A stretch of 64,000 nucleotides of DNA from Anaerohalosphaeraceae bacterium (lineage in GTDB: Bacteria > Planctomycetota > Phycisphaerae > Sedimentisphaerales > Anaerohalosphaeraceae). The position numbers and the translations under genes were made by a program. The stretch lies in contig CAXXSL010000005.1 of assembly GCA_963675525.2 (NCBI GenBank), forward strand, positions 98,407 to 162,406, read 5' to 3'. Numbering within the stretch: the first letter of the stretch is position 1; the number at the start of each line of letters is the position of its first letter. The notes beneath the pieces are model-generated. The model searched no databases and was not told the DNA's origin. It was given only the letters and a program-made list of their open reading frames with translations. Shown one piece after another: positions 41,567-53,600 of this stretch.

Positions 41567-42304
41567 CTAAGGCGCGGCAACTGCGGCAGCGGCTGAGGCG
41601 CCTTGCAAGACCGGGCTCAGGATTTCGGCGGCTGTTAAGCCCAGTGAAGCAAAAATAGTCGGTGGAACATAAATAAGATCGCCATCCTGAAGCAGGACAT
41701 TCTGTTCCATGTTTCCCTGTTCGACCATGTTCTTAAAATTCAGAGCAAATATTTTCGAGGGTTCTCCGGGGACTGGTGAAGGACGAATGATCTGAATTCT
41801 TTCCTTCCAGGCCAGATTGTTTGGGATGGCTCTGCTGATTGCTGAAAGGGTCGTTTCGCGGCCTGAAAATACCTGAGCTCCAGGGCGTTCTACCATGCCC
41901 ACAACATAATACAGTTTACTTCTATTTACAACCCGTACATCAACCGGGTAGTCTCCGTTGAGTTTGTAGAGAGCAATAAACCGATCTGAGATAATTTCTG
42001 CCACCTGTTTTGGGGTTTTCCCGGCAACGTGAATCTCTCCGACATTTTCAAATGAGATTTTTCCATCAGGCCGGACAACTTGAGTTTGGCCGACTTCATA
42101 ACTGCTGCCCCCCAACTCAGGGATATTAGAGGCGATAACCCTTACCTCATCCGGCGGGTGCAGGATGTAATTGTCCATGCTAACATCGGCCTGACTTGGG
42201 TTTAAAAAGGCCTGAATGTCCTCAGGATTTGAAGAAAAGCAACCTGCGATAAAAATAATCGATGCAAAGACGATCACGAAGGGAACAATTTTCCTGTTTG
42301 TCAT
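41567..42304 (-). CDS. Polysaccharide export lipoprotein (Wza/SLBB family)
   Basis: FIAGC lipobox, YILHPPDEV, VRPDGKISF, VVGMVERPG and LQDGDLIYVP. Confidence 0.85.
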   Translation of the reverse strand: MTNRKIVPFVIVFASIIFIAGCFSSNPEDIQAFLNPSQADVSMDNYILHPPDEVRVIASNIPELGGSSYEVGQTQVVRPDGKISFENVGEIHVAGKTPKQVAEIISDRFIALYKLNGDYPVDVRVVNRSKLYYVVGMVERPGAQVFSGRETTLSAISRAIPNNLAWKERIQIIRPSPVPGEPSKIFALNFKNMVEQGNMEQNVLLQDGDLIYVPPTIFASLGLTAAEILSPVLQGASAAAAVAAP

Positions 42305-42358
42305 AATTATCTCCTTTCCTTATCATTTGGTAATGTACATATAGAGTTTTCGTCCAAG

Positions 42359-42387
42359 ATTATAAATATCTTTAGCTGTTTTGTCAA
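42359..42387 (-). promoter_or_regulatory. Consensus sigma70 promoter of the Wza-like gene
   Basis: Exact TTGACA-17 nt-TATAAT on the minus strand. Confidence 0.75.
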
Positions 42388-42467
42388 GATTAAAAATTTT
42401 CATATCTTTTGTTCTGAAAAAGAGTTAGGTTTTGTAAAGAAAAAACGGAAATGTCAGGTATAAATAC

Positions 42468-42496
42468 TTGCAAACAAGGCCGTTTATGAGTAAATT
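42468..42496 (+). promoter_or_regulatory. tRNA promoter
   Basis: TTGCAA-17 nt-TAAATT, 20 nt upstream of the tRNA. Confidence 0.5.
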
Positions 42497-42516
42497 GTGG
42501 GACCTTGCTGTGCAAT

Positions 42517-42606
42517 GGAGAGGTGACCGAGTGGCTTAAGGTAACGGTTTGCTAAACCGTCGTAGGGATACAATCCCTACCGGGGGTTCGAATCCCCCCC
42601 TCTCCG
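42517..42606 (+). tRNA. tRNA-Ser(GCT)
   Basis: Acceptor stem GGAGAGG/CCTCTCC with G discriminator. Anticodon arm ACGGT-TT-GCT-AA-ACCGT, long variable arm GTAGGGA/TCCCTAC, T-loop GTTCGAATC. CCA not encoded. Confidence 0.97.
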
Positions 42607-42610
42607 TATT

Positions 42611-42646
42611 AAATCCTTGTTTCTGTTTCAGAAATGAGGATTTTTT
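42611..42646 (+). terminator. Hairpin plus T-run after the tRNA
   Basis: AAATCCTTGTTTCTG-TTT-CAGAAATGAGGATTTTTT. Confidence 0.55.
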
Positions 42647-42897
42647 CATGTCTAAAAACACTAAAATCTACTGAAATATTTTGTTCTTACGCTAGAAACG
42701 AAGCTTTTATTTGTTCAGATTTCCAAGATTTGAGTTGTTTCTAAAAATGAAAAGATCATTCCATATTTTATGGGTACAGCATTTCACCAACGTCTCTAAC
42801 GAACTTCAAGTGGATTATGGGCGTGAGGATTTATAAGTAAAAAACAACTGAAGATTTGCTTTTGTGACATAATTTTTTGAAGGATATGAAAAAAAAC

Positions 42898-42926
42898 TTG
42901 ACAACAAAATGGCAGATGTATATTTT
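42898..42926 (+). promoter_or_regulatory. Possible sigma70 promoter of the TPR-Rhs operon
   Basis: TTGACA-17 nt-TATTTT, about 200 nt before ATG 43133. Confidence 0.4.
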
Positions 42927-43132
42927 TTGTGAGGTGGCAGATAAATCCCAAGGAGCTTTGTGTATTGGGATCGCAGTCTAGGGCAAAAGTTGGAGGTTGC
43001 GATAAGGAGAAAGGAGAAGTTTCTGTCCTTTTCGTACCTGTTTTTCAACAGAAGACGGTTTGAGTCTGCGCTGAATGTGCGCTTATAATAACTACCGATA
43101 ATATTCTTCTGTAAGATGGGAAAGGAAAAATC

Positions 43133-44602
43133 ATGTCTTATACGTTGTCAATTTCATTTTCTAAATCACTGTTTTTAGCGATATTGTTAATCTGTGGATT
43201 TGCCTGTTTTGCGGCAGATGATGCGATTACTTTACAGGTTTTATCTGCCGAAGAACTCCAAGTACAGGTCGAAGATATCCAATCAACGGCTCAGCAGTAT
43301 GTAAACGAGCCAAACATTCCACAGGCTGTTGAAGAATACCGGAAAATTCAAAAAATGGTTCCGACCAGTGCTTATGCTCTGGATGCTCAAGACAGGGTTA
43401 TTCGTTTATATCTCAAAAATGGTCAGCCGGGTGATGCCAAGGTTGCTTTGAATCAATTGAAGCAGAATTATTCAACTCAGCCAGAGTATGTTCGAAAGGC
43501 TCACGAACTGGGCTGGGAGTTCAGGAAAAAAGGCGACGATGCAACCGCGTTGCAAATCTACAAGGATTTAAAGCAGCAGTTTCCGGGGCACGAACTGGGC
43601 GCTAAGATCCAGCGGTCGATTATCGGGACCTACCTGCAAAAAGGAGATACGGCAAACGTGGCCAAAGCGGTTGAGGAAATGAAGACTCATTTTAAAAACA
43701 GTCCCGATTACATCCATCAGGTGGAATATGTATCGGATCGATTGACGGAGAAAGGGCTTCATGGTCTCGCTAAAGGTATGTGTGAGTCATTGCTTGAGCA
43801 ATACCCGGGTCATGATGGGGAAATCTGGTTTTTACAGAAGAAGATTCGGGCGGAATTGGGGCTTGGCTCTGAGGCTGTTGCGGATGCGGAAGTGGCGGTC
43901 ATTCATCAGAAATATGCCAATCATAAAGATTATCATGATGCCTTAAGCTGGACAGCATATGAATATCGCACATATGGCTACTATGATAAGGCCATTACCA
44001 TGTATCAGGATTTGTATGACAAGAACCCAGACAAGAAAGTTCAGCTTCGTTGTGATGAGGGGATTGCCCGCTGCAATGTACGTTTAGGCAATGAGCCCAA
44101 AGTTCAGGAGCAGATTGACCGGATTTATTCCAATTATACGGATAATCTGTCAGGGGTGACTTTTTATATGTATGGTATCGGAGAAGAATATTACAAGATG
44201 GCACAGGATGCCGAAACAACCGGGGACCCCAATCAACTTTCTACGAAATACTATGGTCAGGCTATCGAGGTGTGGAAGCGGCAGTTAGCGGAATTGCCGG
44301 CTTATTACAATGCTAATTTTGTGTATTATCTTGCAGTCTCATTGGCTCGAACGGGGGATTATACACAGGCGATTAATTATTATCAGCAACTCGTGGATCA
44401 ATGGCCGGATTATGAAGAGGCGTGGGATGCACAGCATATGATCGCAGACTGTTATGAAAAACTCACTGCATCGGGCCGAATGGATTTGAAAACGGCTCAG
44501 GAGCAGAGTAAGGCAGCATATCAAAAGGTGATTGACAATTATGCCACCAGTCCGGCGGTAAAAGTTGCACAGCGCAAACTGGCTAAAATGGAGCAGGAGT
44601 AA
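43133..44602 (+). CDS. Exported TPR protein adjacent to the Rhs gene
   Basis: Signal peptide LFLAILLICGFACFA and BamD/YbgF-like TPR pairs (YQQLVDQWPD). AAAGGA RBS; ends just before the Rhs start. Confidence 0.85.
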   Translation: MSYTLSISFSKSLFLAILLICGFACFAADDAITLQVLSAEELQVQVEDIQSTAQQYVNEPNIPQAVEEYRKIQKMVPTSAYALDAQDRVIRLYLKNGQPGDAKVALNQLKQNYSTQPEYVRKAHELGWEFRKKGDDATALQIYKDLKQQFPGHELGAKIQRSIIGTYLQKGDTANVAKAVEEMKTHFKNSPDYIHQVEYVSDRLTEKGLHGLAKGMCESLLEQYPGHDGEIWFLQKKIRAELGLGSEAVADAEVAVIHQKYANHKDYHDALSWTAYEYRTYGYYDKAITMYQDLYDKNPDKKVQLRCDEGIARCNVRLGNEPKVQEQIDRIYSNYTDNLSGVTFYMYGIGEEYYKMAQDAETTGDPNQLSTKYYGQAIEVWKRQLAELPAYYNANFVYYLAVSLARTGDYTQAINYYQQLVDQWPDYEEAWDAQHMIADCYEKLTASGRMDLKTAQEQSKAAYQKVIDNYATSPAVKVAQRKLAKMEQE

Positions 44603-44620
44603 ATCATGAAGGGGATTACC

Positions 44621-47600
44621 ATGAAGTCAATAGTCATCATTGGATACATCATAATTATTACGGCTTTGGTCATGGCATGTACACCGTTGCCGCCTTACGC
44701 GGTGATCATCGATTATGATACTTCTGTCGTCGAAGGGCAGACCGCCTGCTTTGAAGGGTATGGTTACACCCGCGATGGCGGGACAGCTTCTTATGAGTGG
44801 GACTTTCCTCCGCAGGCTTATTATATCCAGGGGGACAAAACCGAAACTGCCAGTTGTAAGTTTTATCCGGCCGGGAGCTACAATGTTTTATTTACCATTA
44901 TAAGTTCTACCGGTCTGAGTACGACGTTAACCTGTACGGTCACTGTTTCAACGGCAGATAGTCACTGGTATGTTAGCCCGGATGGGGATGATAATTATGA
45001 TGGACTACATGCTACCTATGAAGGTGGTGATGACGGCCCCTTTAGAACAATCCAAATGGCTATTGACTCAGCTTCGCCGGGCCACGAAATTATTGTCAAA
45101 CCGGGGACCGAATCCATTCCTGTGGTCTATTACGAACAACTGGATATGAAAGGCAAGAGCCTGAATATTCACACAGATAATCCTGATAATTGGGAGGCCG
45201 TTAAAAATAGCATTATTGATGCTCAGGAGCGGGGCACGACGGTTATTTATCGAGGTAACGAAGTCAATGGAGTAGGCGAAGATGAGGTTGCGGCATTAGA
45301 GGGCTTTACGATTACCGGCGGTGCGCCTGCAGGCGATGGATTGGCATTACATTTAACGCTTGACGATAGTACTGGAACAAGTGCTGAAGATTTATCCGAC
45401 AAGGGCAGAGACGGCACCCTTGAAAATGAACCGGTCTGGGCGACAGATCGGAACGGAAACGCTGCATTGTTATTTGATGGCACGAATGATTATGTCGAAA
45501 TAACTGATTATAAAGGTGTTGTGGGGGGAGGTTCTCGAACCTGTACAGCGTGGATCAAAACCGCATCGGTGTCCGGCGAAATCTTATCTTGGGGTGAAGA
45601 ATATTTTGGCGGCCGATGGATTATTCGGGTCAACGAGGGAGGACAACTCCGTGCCGAAGTTCAAGGTGGCAATATTATTGGCACGAGCATTATTAACGAC
45701 GATGCGTGGCATCATGTTGCTGTTGTTGTAGAAAATGACGGTAGTCCGGACATTAATGAAGCCAGATTATATGTCGATGGGCAACTCGAAATGATTAGTT
45801 ATTCGGTTGATGAGCCGATTAATAGCGGCTCGGTTCAAAATGTACTAATTGGCGTTTATTTTGAGGCAGGCGTTCCCCGTTGGTTTCAGGGATTGATAGA
45901 TGATGTGCGGATTTACAGCCGGGCTCTGGGTGATGGGGAAATTCGGGGATTGGACGAGGTTGAAGAACCGATCGCTCACTGGAAGTTGGATGAAAATGCC
46001 AATGATGCTACTGGAAATGGGCATAATGGTACGGGACCGGCAAACCCTGTTTACGGCGACGGAATGGTCGGAGATGCAATCAGTTTGAATGGTACCGATC
46101 AAGACATCTCTGTTGCCAATCATCCACAACTAAAGCCGGAATTACCATTGACGGTGGCTGCGTGGGTATATACGGAAAACTCCGGGACAAACGGCATTAT
46201 TATTCAGACGGATGACTGGAACACGACTTATTCCGGTGTCTATCTTCGATTAAAATCCGATGGGATTGATACGATTGCTTTAGGGTATGGAGATGGCGCA
46301 TCAAGTTCCTACAGGGCTCTCCGCAATATCGTTGGTACGACGGTATTAGAACCGCACCGATGGTATCATATTATCGGTGTAATCCGGGGTGCTGAGGACA
46401 TGACGATCTATATTAATGGTAAGGATGATAGAGGACAATGCGGCGGTGTAGGAAGCGGCAATCTGAATTATACGGACCATGATATTACGATTGGCAGCCG
46501 GCATGGAATCGATTCGTTTTTCCAGGGGCAAATCGACGATGTTTGCATTTATAACTATGGACTGACGGCGGCTGAAGCGAAAGGCCTCTATCGAAACTGC
46601 TTTAACGACGGCGGCGGCATTAAAGGTCACGGTGCGTCTGCTAACATCTCTAAATGTATCATAAAAGATAATTCCTCTGAAACCGATGGCGGCGGAATGG
46701 ATGGTGTTAATGGTGCGATTTCCCATAGTTATATTATGGGTAACACGGCCGCCGGAAATGGCGGAGGCTTGTCGGGCTGTAACGGCGATATACGTAACTG
46801 TGTCGTCGCGAAGAATGCTGCCCTGAATGCAGGAGCAATGGACCATTGCGATGGAGATATTGTAAACTGTACGATTGCTGATAATGGCGCTATGCTTATC
46901 GGCGGGGGTCTTCAAGACTGTGTCGGTTCTATTGTTAACTCGATCTTGTGGAATAACCGTGATAATTCCGGCATTTCGCAGGAGTCACAAATCAGGGACT
47001 GGTCGGCGGCCATTTCCTACAACTGCATCCAGAATTGGCCCAGTGGCGGAACAGAAAATATCAGCGGTGATCCCAGCTTTGTCAATCACAATGCCGGGGA
47101 CTATCGTCTGGATGCGGCCTCGATGTGTATTAATGTTGGTGATCCGAATTTGAACTATGCCGATCAGGTTGATCTGGATGGAAACTCCAGAGCCGAAGGC
47201 CATGACTTAAGAATTGATTTGGGGGCTTATGAATTTCAGCAGACAATATGGTATGTCGATGATTCTGTAACAGAAAGCGGAGACGGTTTGACCTGGGCGA
47301 CAGCGAAAAAGACTATCCAGGAGGGAATTAATGTCAGCAGTAATAATGAAATTGTTCTTGTCGCTAATGGAACCTATACAGGTACCGGCAATCGAGATAT
47401 TGATTTTAGTGAAGACCTTGAATCTGGGTCGAGAGCGATAACTGTCCGCAGCCAGAACGGCCCGGAACAGTGTGTTATTGATTGTAATGGATTAGAATCG
47501 GCTCCGCATCGAGGATTCTATTTCCATACCGGAGAAGGAGTCGATTCCGTTGTGGATGGTTTTAGGATTAAGAAAGGTTATGTGAATGGCGTCAACGGCT

Positions 47601-50600
47601 TTCCGGTCATATATGGAGAAAATGGAACCGCCAGCGGTGGGGTAATAGGGTGCGATGGCAGCAGTCCAACGATACGGAATTGCTTTATTGAAAACAGTAC
47701 TGCGACTCAATATGGTGGGGGACTTTTTGCCTGTCGCAACTCGAGACCGATCATTCAAAATTGTGTTATCATGGGCAATAAGGCATATCGCGGAGCTGCG
47801 GTATATAGTAAATACAATGATAGTCATCCACGCTTGGTCAATTGCACGATGTTGCATAATATCGCTAACAATAGCGGCGGGGCTATTTATCACTTTGAAG
47901 GAGATTCTACGTTAATTAATTGTATCCTTTATAATAATTCAAGCCCGGCAATAGGGATTCAGACTGATGCAACATGCTCTATTTCATACTCTTGTATTTC
48001 GGAAGTTCTGCCAAATGAAACTTGGTTGATCAGGGGAGATGTTTTAAAAGAAAATACAAATCCATATTTTATATCGTATCCGAATTCCGGCGACGATCAG
48101 ACATGGGGCACAGAAGATGATTATGGTGGCGACTTACGCCTTCAGGGTATAAGCCCATGCCTTGATGCAGGGACTAATGATGTAACTGATATGCCGGAGA
48201 CGGATATCACCGGTTTGTTGCGTGTTTCGGATGGGAATGACGACGGTGACACGATTGTGGATATGGGAGCGTATGAGTACCAAGTTAATCATGCCCCTAT
48301 TGCCAAGGATGACCCGGGCTTAACTGGTCAGTCGATTGATTGTAGCGGGGGCGGGTCGGTGACGATCAATGTCTTGGCCAACGATTTTGACCCGGAAGGC
48401 GACGATCTGTGCGTCGAATCGAATGTAGTACAACCGGCACACGGTACGGCAGTGATCGGCAATGGCGGCCTGACGATTATTTATACTCCGGATTCCTATT
48501 TTTCCGGCGTCGATTCGTTTCAATATCAGGCGTCCGACAGCCAACTGGAATCAAACTGGGCCACCGTAAAGTTGAATGTACAGCAAAGCGGCCAACCGCC
48601 GGTGGCGCAGGATGATGAAATGACGATTCTCAGGGGGTCGGCGGAAACGGTGATTGATGTTCTGGGTAATGACACGGATGCGGATGCGGGCGATACGTTG
48701 TTTGTGTTGTCTTGCGGGTTGGCGGTGCATGGTGAGGTTGTGAATAACGGCGTGGATGTTACGTATCGGCCGGCGGCGGGGTATAGCGGGACGGACCGTT
48801 TCAGTTATACGGTTTGTGACGGCGGGGGGTTGTCGGATGAGGGGACGGTTGTGGTGTATGTGATGGGCGTTGACGCCGGAGCGGATCAGGCGATCGAGTT
48901 GCCGCATTGCCGGGCGTTTTTGGATGGGGCTGTTCGCGGGGCTCCTGCCGGAGCGACGATTGGCTGGGATGTTTTCGATGCGCCGCTTGGGGCGGGGGTT
49001 GTGTTTGGTTCGTATACGGTCGAATCGCCGGATACGGTGGCGGAGTTTTCGCTGCCGGGGACGTATGTTGTGCAGCTTGAGGTTGATTGGCAGGGGCTGA
49101 GTGCCCGGGATCTGGCGGTGATCACGGTGCGGGCCAGCGAGAAAGCGGGGAACCGGCCGCCGCGGGTGGAGGTTTCGGCGGAGCCGAGCGAGCTAACGCT
49201 GCCGGATCATAGTGCGACGCTGAATTGGGCGGTATCGGACGACGGCGTATCCAGGGGATTGTCGCAGTGGTGGGAGGTTGTCGACGGCCCGATAGCCGGG
49301 GAGGTGTTGTTTGGAACGTATACGCCGCAATCCCGGACGGTGCCGGTTTCCTTTTCGGCGGATGGCGTGTATATTCTCAGGTTGACGGTATCGGACGGCA
49401 TCGATCAGACAACGGCGACGATATTGATTCGCGTCAATCCCGATAGCCAGGCGAATCGGCCGCCGGTTGTGGATGCCGGGCCGAATCAGCAGGCGTCGTT
49501 GATAGCAGGGCCGCAGAGCATTACGCTGAACGATCCGAATATCATCGCGACGGATCCGGATCAGGGACCGCAGCTGTTGGCTATTCAATGGACGATTCTC
49601 AATGATACCTCCGGCATCGGGTTTACTTCCGCGTCGGATATTTTGAACCCGACACTGACTGTTACAACGCCGGGCCAGTATGTCTTGCAGTTGGCGGCCA
49701 GCGACGGTGCGACAACGGTGACCGACACCATGGCGATATCGACCAGCAGCGTGATGGTTGATGCCGGGCCGGACGCGCTAGTTATTCTGCCGGATGATGA
49801 TGAGGTGATGCATGCGTTGTCGGGATGGTGTGAAAGTCAGCCTGCCGGACTGTACAGCGATACGGAGTGGCAGGTCATTGTGCAGCCGGCCTCGAGCAAT
49901 GTCCAGTTTGATCCGGCTCTGCCTGCGGTATCAATATGGGACCCCAATGTGACGTTTACAAAATCCGGTGATTATGTCTTTAAACTGATCGCGAAAGATT
50001 CACAGGGCGAGGAAGTCGGCTCTGACGAAGTCTATATCAAGGTCAAACTCGCCAGCCAGGAGTATACGACGTACTTGTATTTATATGATCTTGACTTGGC
50101 AGGCAAAAGGGAGTGGGAGGTAAATGATGGTAAACCTTTAGGGTCCTGTCCTCCTGCCAATCTTGTCTTTTCCAGCTATGAAGAGGACACGAAAATATCC
50201 TATCAGACAGTAGATCCAAACGGTATTTTAGGCCAGCTATATGATGCCAACCCGAACGTTGTGGATGCGAATCTAATTGATCCCTCCGGGGCGGCGTATA
50301 TGCAGAAAGGTCAATATTCTTATGTTGATGGCGAAGACGGTGTTTACAAGGTTACCAGTACGAACAAAAAGTTTACTGTTTTGGCTGGTGATGTTATGCG
50401 TGACTCAACGTCAGGTTATTTTGTAATGAGCAAAAACGGGGTTGGGGTTGATAAAGAGTTTTATTCTCACATAGGAAGCGATACTTGGAATGGAAGACGT
50501 CTTGTTGTCTTTTCTTATCAGGACAATACGCATATAACAATTAAATGGGATTCCAATAAAGATGGTATATGTGATGATTCTGATCCAAATTTGATTATGC

Positions 50601-53600
50601 AGAAATATGATTTACTGACAGGCGCCACTGAAGATATTATAATGGATAATTACGTACTCAATGAGGGCGATCATGTCTATCGAATCCCTGATGATAATAA
50701 TATCTACATTCATGTTCTGGCGGACAAACCGATATCTGTTGAGCAGTGCAACGATAGTGGATTTTATGTTCCGTCGTCCAACGGTCAATGGGTCGGTCAA
50801 AACTTTAATGTTTATGTCGATTCTATTGCAGATGAGAATCTTGAGGGTACTATCTATGCTTATATAGCTCCATTAGCTGTTTTTGCCCATGAGACGGGTA
50901 CCGAAGTGTCCATTGGAAAGAATGCTGTCGGGGGGACAAGAGTCTCTGCTCTGGTCAGGCATTCTGCATGAAGGAGCCTCTTTTAACTTGTCTCAACGGC
51001 AACTTGTCTCTGAAATAACTGACGCGAATCCCGTCTGGAACGGTTCAAACTTTGATGTTTTGGAAGATGATATTAAACAAAAAGCTTATCTGACTGTTCA
51101 GAGTACTAAACCGGTTTCTGTCACTGTTCGACCGCCTTTCGATTCAAGCTCATATGCTCATGGCGATTTTGTTCCGGACAGATGGGGTTCAGGGGCGGGT
51201 ATTGACCTGATTGGATATTGTGTTCCTGCAATGGGATGGGTTTTCGATGATGAGCAATTTGAATATATCTATGTCAGTCTACAACGATATTTTACAATTT
51301 TATCGCATAATGATAATACTCAATTCAGTATCTATAACCCGGTGACTTGGGAGCCGGTTGATTTTAATCCGGATGTCAATGATATTGATATTGTGCTCTC
51401 GTTGAATGAAGGGCAGCACTTCAAGGCACAGGACTATCTGGCCGACGGGGACAAGAACTGGCGGGTTGTCAGTACCAAGCCGGTTACCGTCAGCACGGGT
51501 GCCAATCGTGCTTTTGCCGAGTATGCCCCGCTGGCGGGCATCCATCCGCCGACACCGATGATCGAGATGACGGCGAGGACCGAATCCGGATACCCCGATA
51601 CATGCTCTGATCCCAATGTCTATCCGCAGGACCCAGCGGCCGATGAAGTGACTTATACAATCACCTGTTGGAATCCATCGGCCGCTCCGATGTATGGACA
51701 AAAAATAATCGACGAACTGCCAGATCAGGTTGACCGGGATTTCGTTCAATTCACCGGCCTCAACAGCTCTTATGATTCCGGTTCAAACACGATTACCTGG
51801 GATATCGGAACGCTTGCATCTGAGCAGGACGTGGACAACCCCGTGCTGGTGACGGTTACCGTTAGGATCGATCAATATCCTGAGAATTGCGATAAGATTG
51901 TCAATCGGGCACGCATCGAAAACGTGGCCGGTTACACCGCCACACTGCCGGTCCTGGTTCAAGTTGATATGACAGGATTACCACCTATTGGAGACATAAT
52001 CTATGTTGATGGACATGCGACAGGTCTGAATAACGGATCGTCCTGGCAAGATGCCTTTAATGATCTGCAAAAAGCACTCCAAATCGCACCTGATTCAAGT
52101 GCTTCCCAGATATGGGTGGCAAAGGGAATCTATTCTCCAGGACCGCTGGTAACCTCGACATTTCAGATGATAGATTATGTCAATATGTACGGTGGTTTTG
52201 CCGGAACGGAAACCAACTCTGCCCAGCGTGACCTTTTGGATCCGAATAACCGGACGATTTTAACGGGATATTTATGCAACGATGATGTTGTCACGGCGGC
52301 AACCGCAATTCTGGATGGATTTACAATTCAGGAAGGATGTAAACATGGTGTTTATTGCGAGGGTGATGCACCAGTCATACAAAATTGTATCATTCAAAAT
52401 AATATCATCTTTGAAGGTTACGCTGGCTACTTGGAAATAAATGGTGATGGTATCTATTGTGAATACGGCAGTCCGATTATCTCTAATAATATTATTTGTG
52501 AAAACGGGTTTAGCGGTATTTGTCTCACATATACAAGTAATGCCAGAGTTGAAAACAACAGGATCGTTAACAATGAAAAGGGTGCATATTTATACAATTT
52601 GTCTGGCACGACCACTATCCGGAATAATACAATTGTTAATAATGATGATTACGCGATTTATCACAGTGACCCCTCTGCCGGACAATATGTGGATATTTTC
52701 AATTGTATCATTTGGGGCAAAAGCGATTTTGATTTTGATATACTGTATGGTACCGCTGACGATACCTTAATATACAATTGTCTATCGGACCCGAATACAG
52801 TTGATTGGACCATCATAGATCCCAATTTCGCAGAGCCGAACAGTACGTCTCATTCGATCTTTGAAAACTATTATCTCTACAGCGAAAAAACAACGAACGT
52901 ATCCGATGCAAATTATATTTGTGTTGCGGATGGAACTCGGTACAGGCTCAATGAAAAGATCGAGATTGAAGATGACGGAATTCTGCGAACCATTACACGG
53001 ATAACGGAGGGAGTTGACTACGACATTGTCGATTTTATTCCGGTATGTGTAGGTTATATTCCTGAAGAGGCGTCGATTTATAAATGGGGTACCGACGCTG
53101 CCAGTGCGATTGAAGATTGTCATATCAAAGCCGGTTCACGGTGTATAAATAAGGGCAGTACCGCTGGAATTGGCCTCGATGAAGTCGATATGGATGGTCA
53201 GCCGAGAATCATGGGCGGTGATCCCAATGGAGCACCAAGGGTTGATATCGGCGCCGATGAATTCGCGACGGTAATCGCCGGCCGGTACACCATTCAGATT
53301 TTGCAAAGCACTAATTATGTTGATCTAAGTTTGGCAAATGCTCATAGCGTTGGCGGTCAGGAACAGTTTGTATGGTCATTGATGGACGGTCCGACTGAGA
53401 TCTCTTTTGTTAATCCAACAACCCCAGCCTATCTTTGCCCAACGGTGCATTTCACCTGTCCTGGCGTTTATACGCTCAAGATCGAGGCATTTGACACTCT
53501 CGACAATTCGACCGGATACGATATCACAACAATAATCGTCCATCTTGATATGGACGCAGGCCCGTACCGGGATATATTTCTTGCGAATGGCTCCTGGGAT

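Noticed and set aside
42927..43132. Riboswitch in the long leader of the TPR-Rhs operon
   Set aside because: A GGGCAAA and small hairpins are present, but I could not build a c-di-GMP or other known aptamer fold; an Rfam/Infernal scan would be needed.
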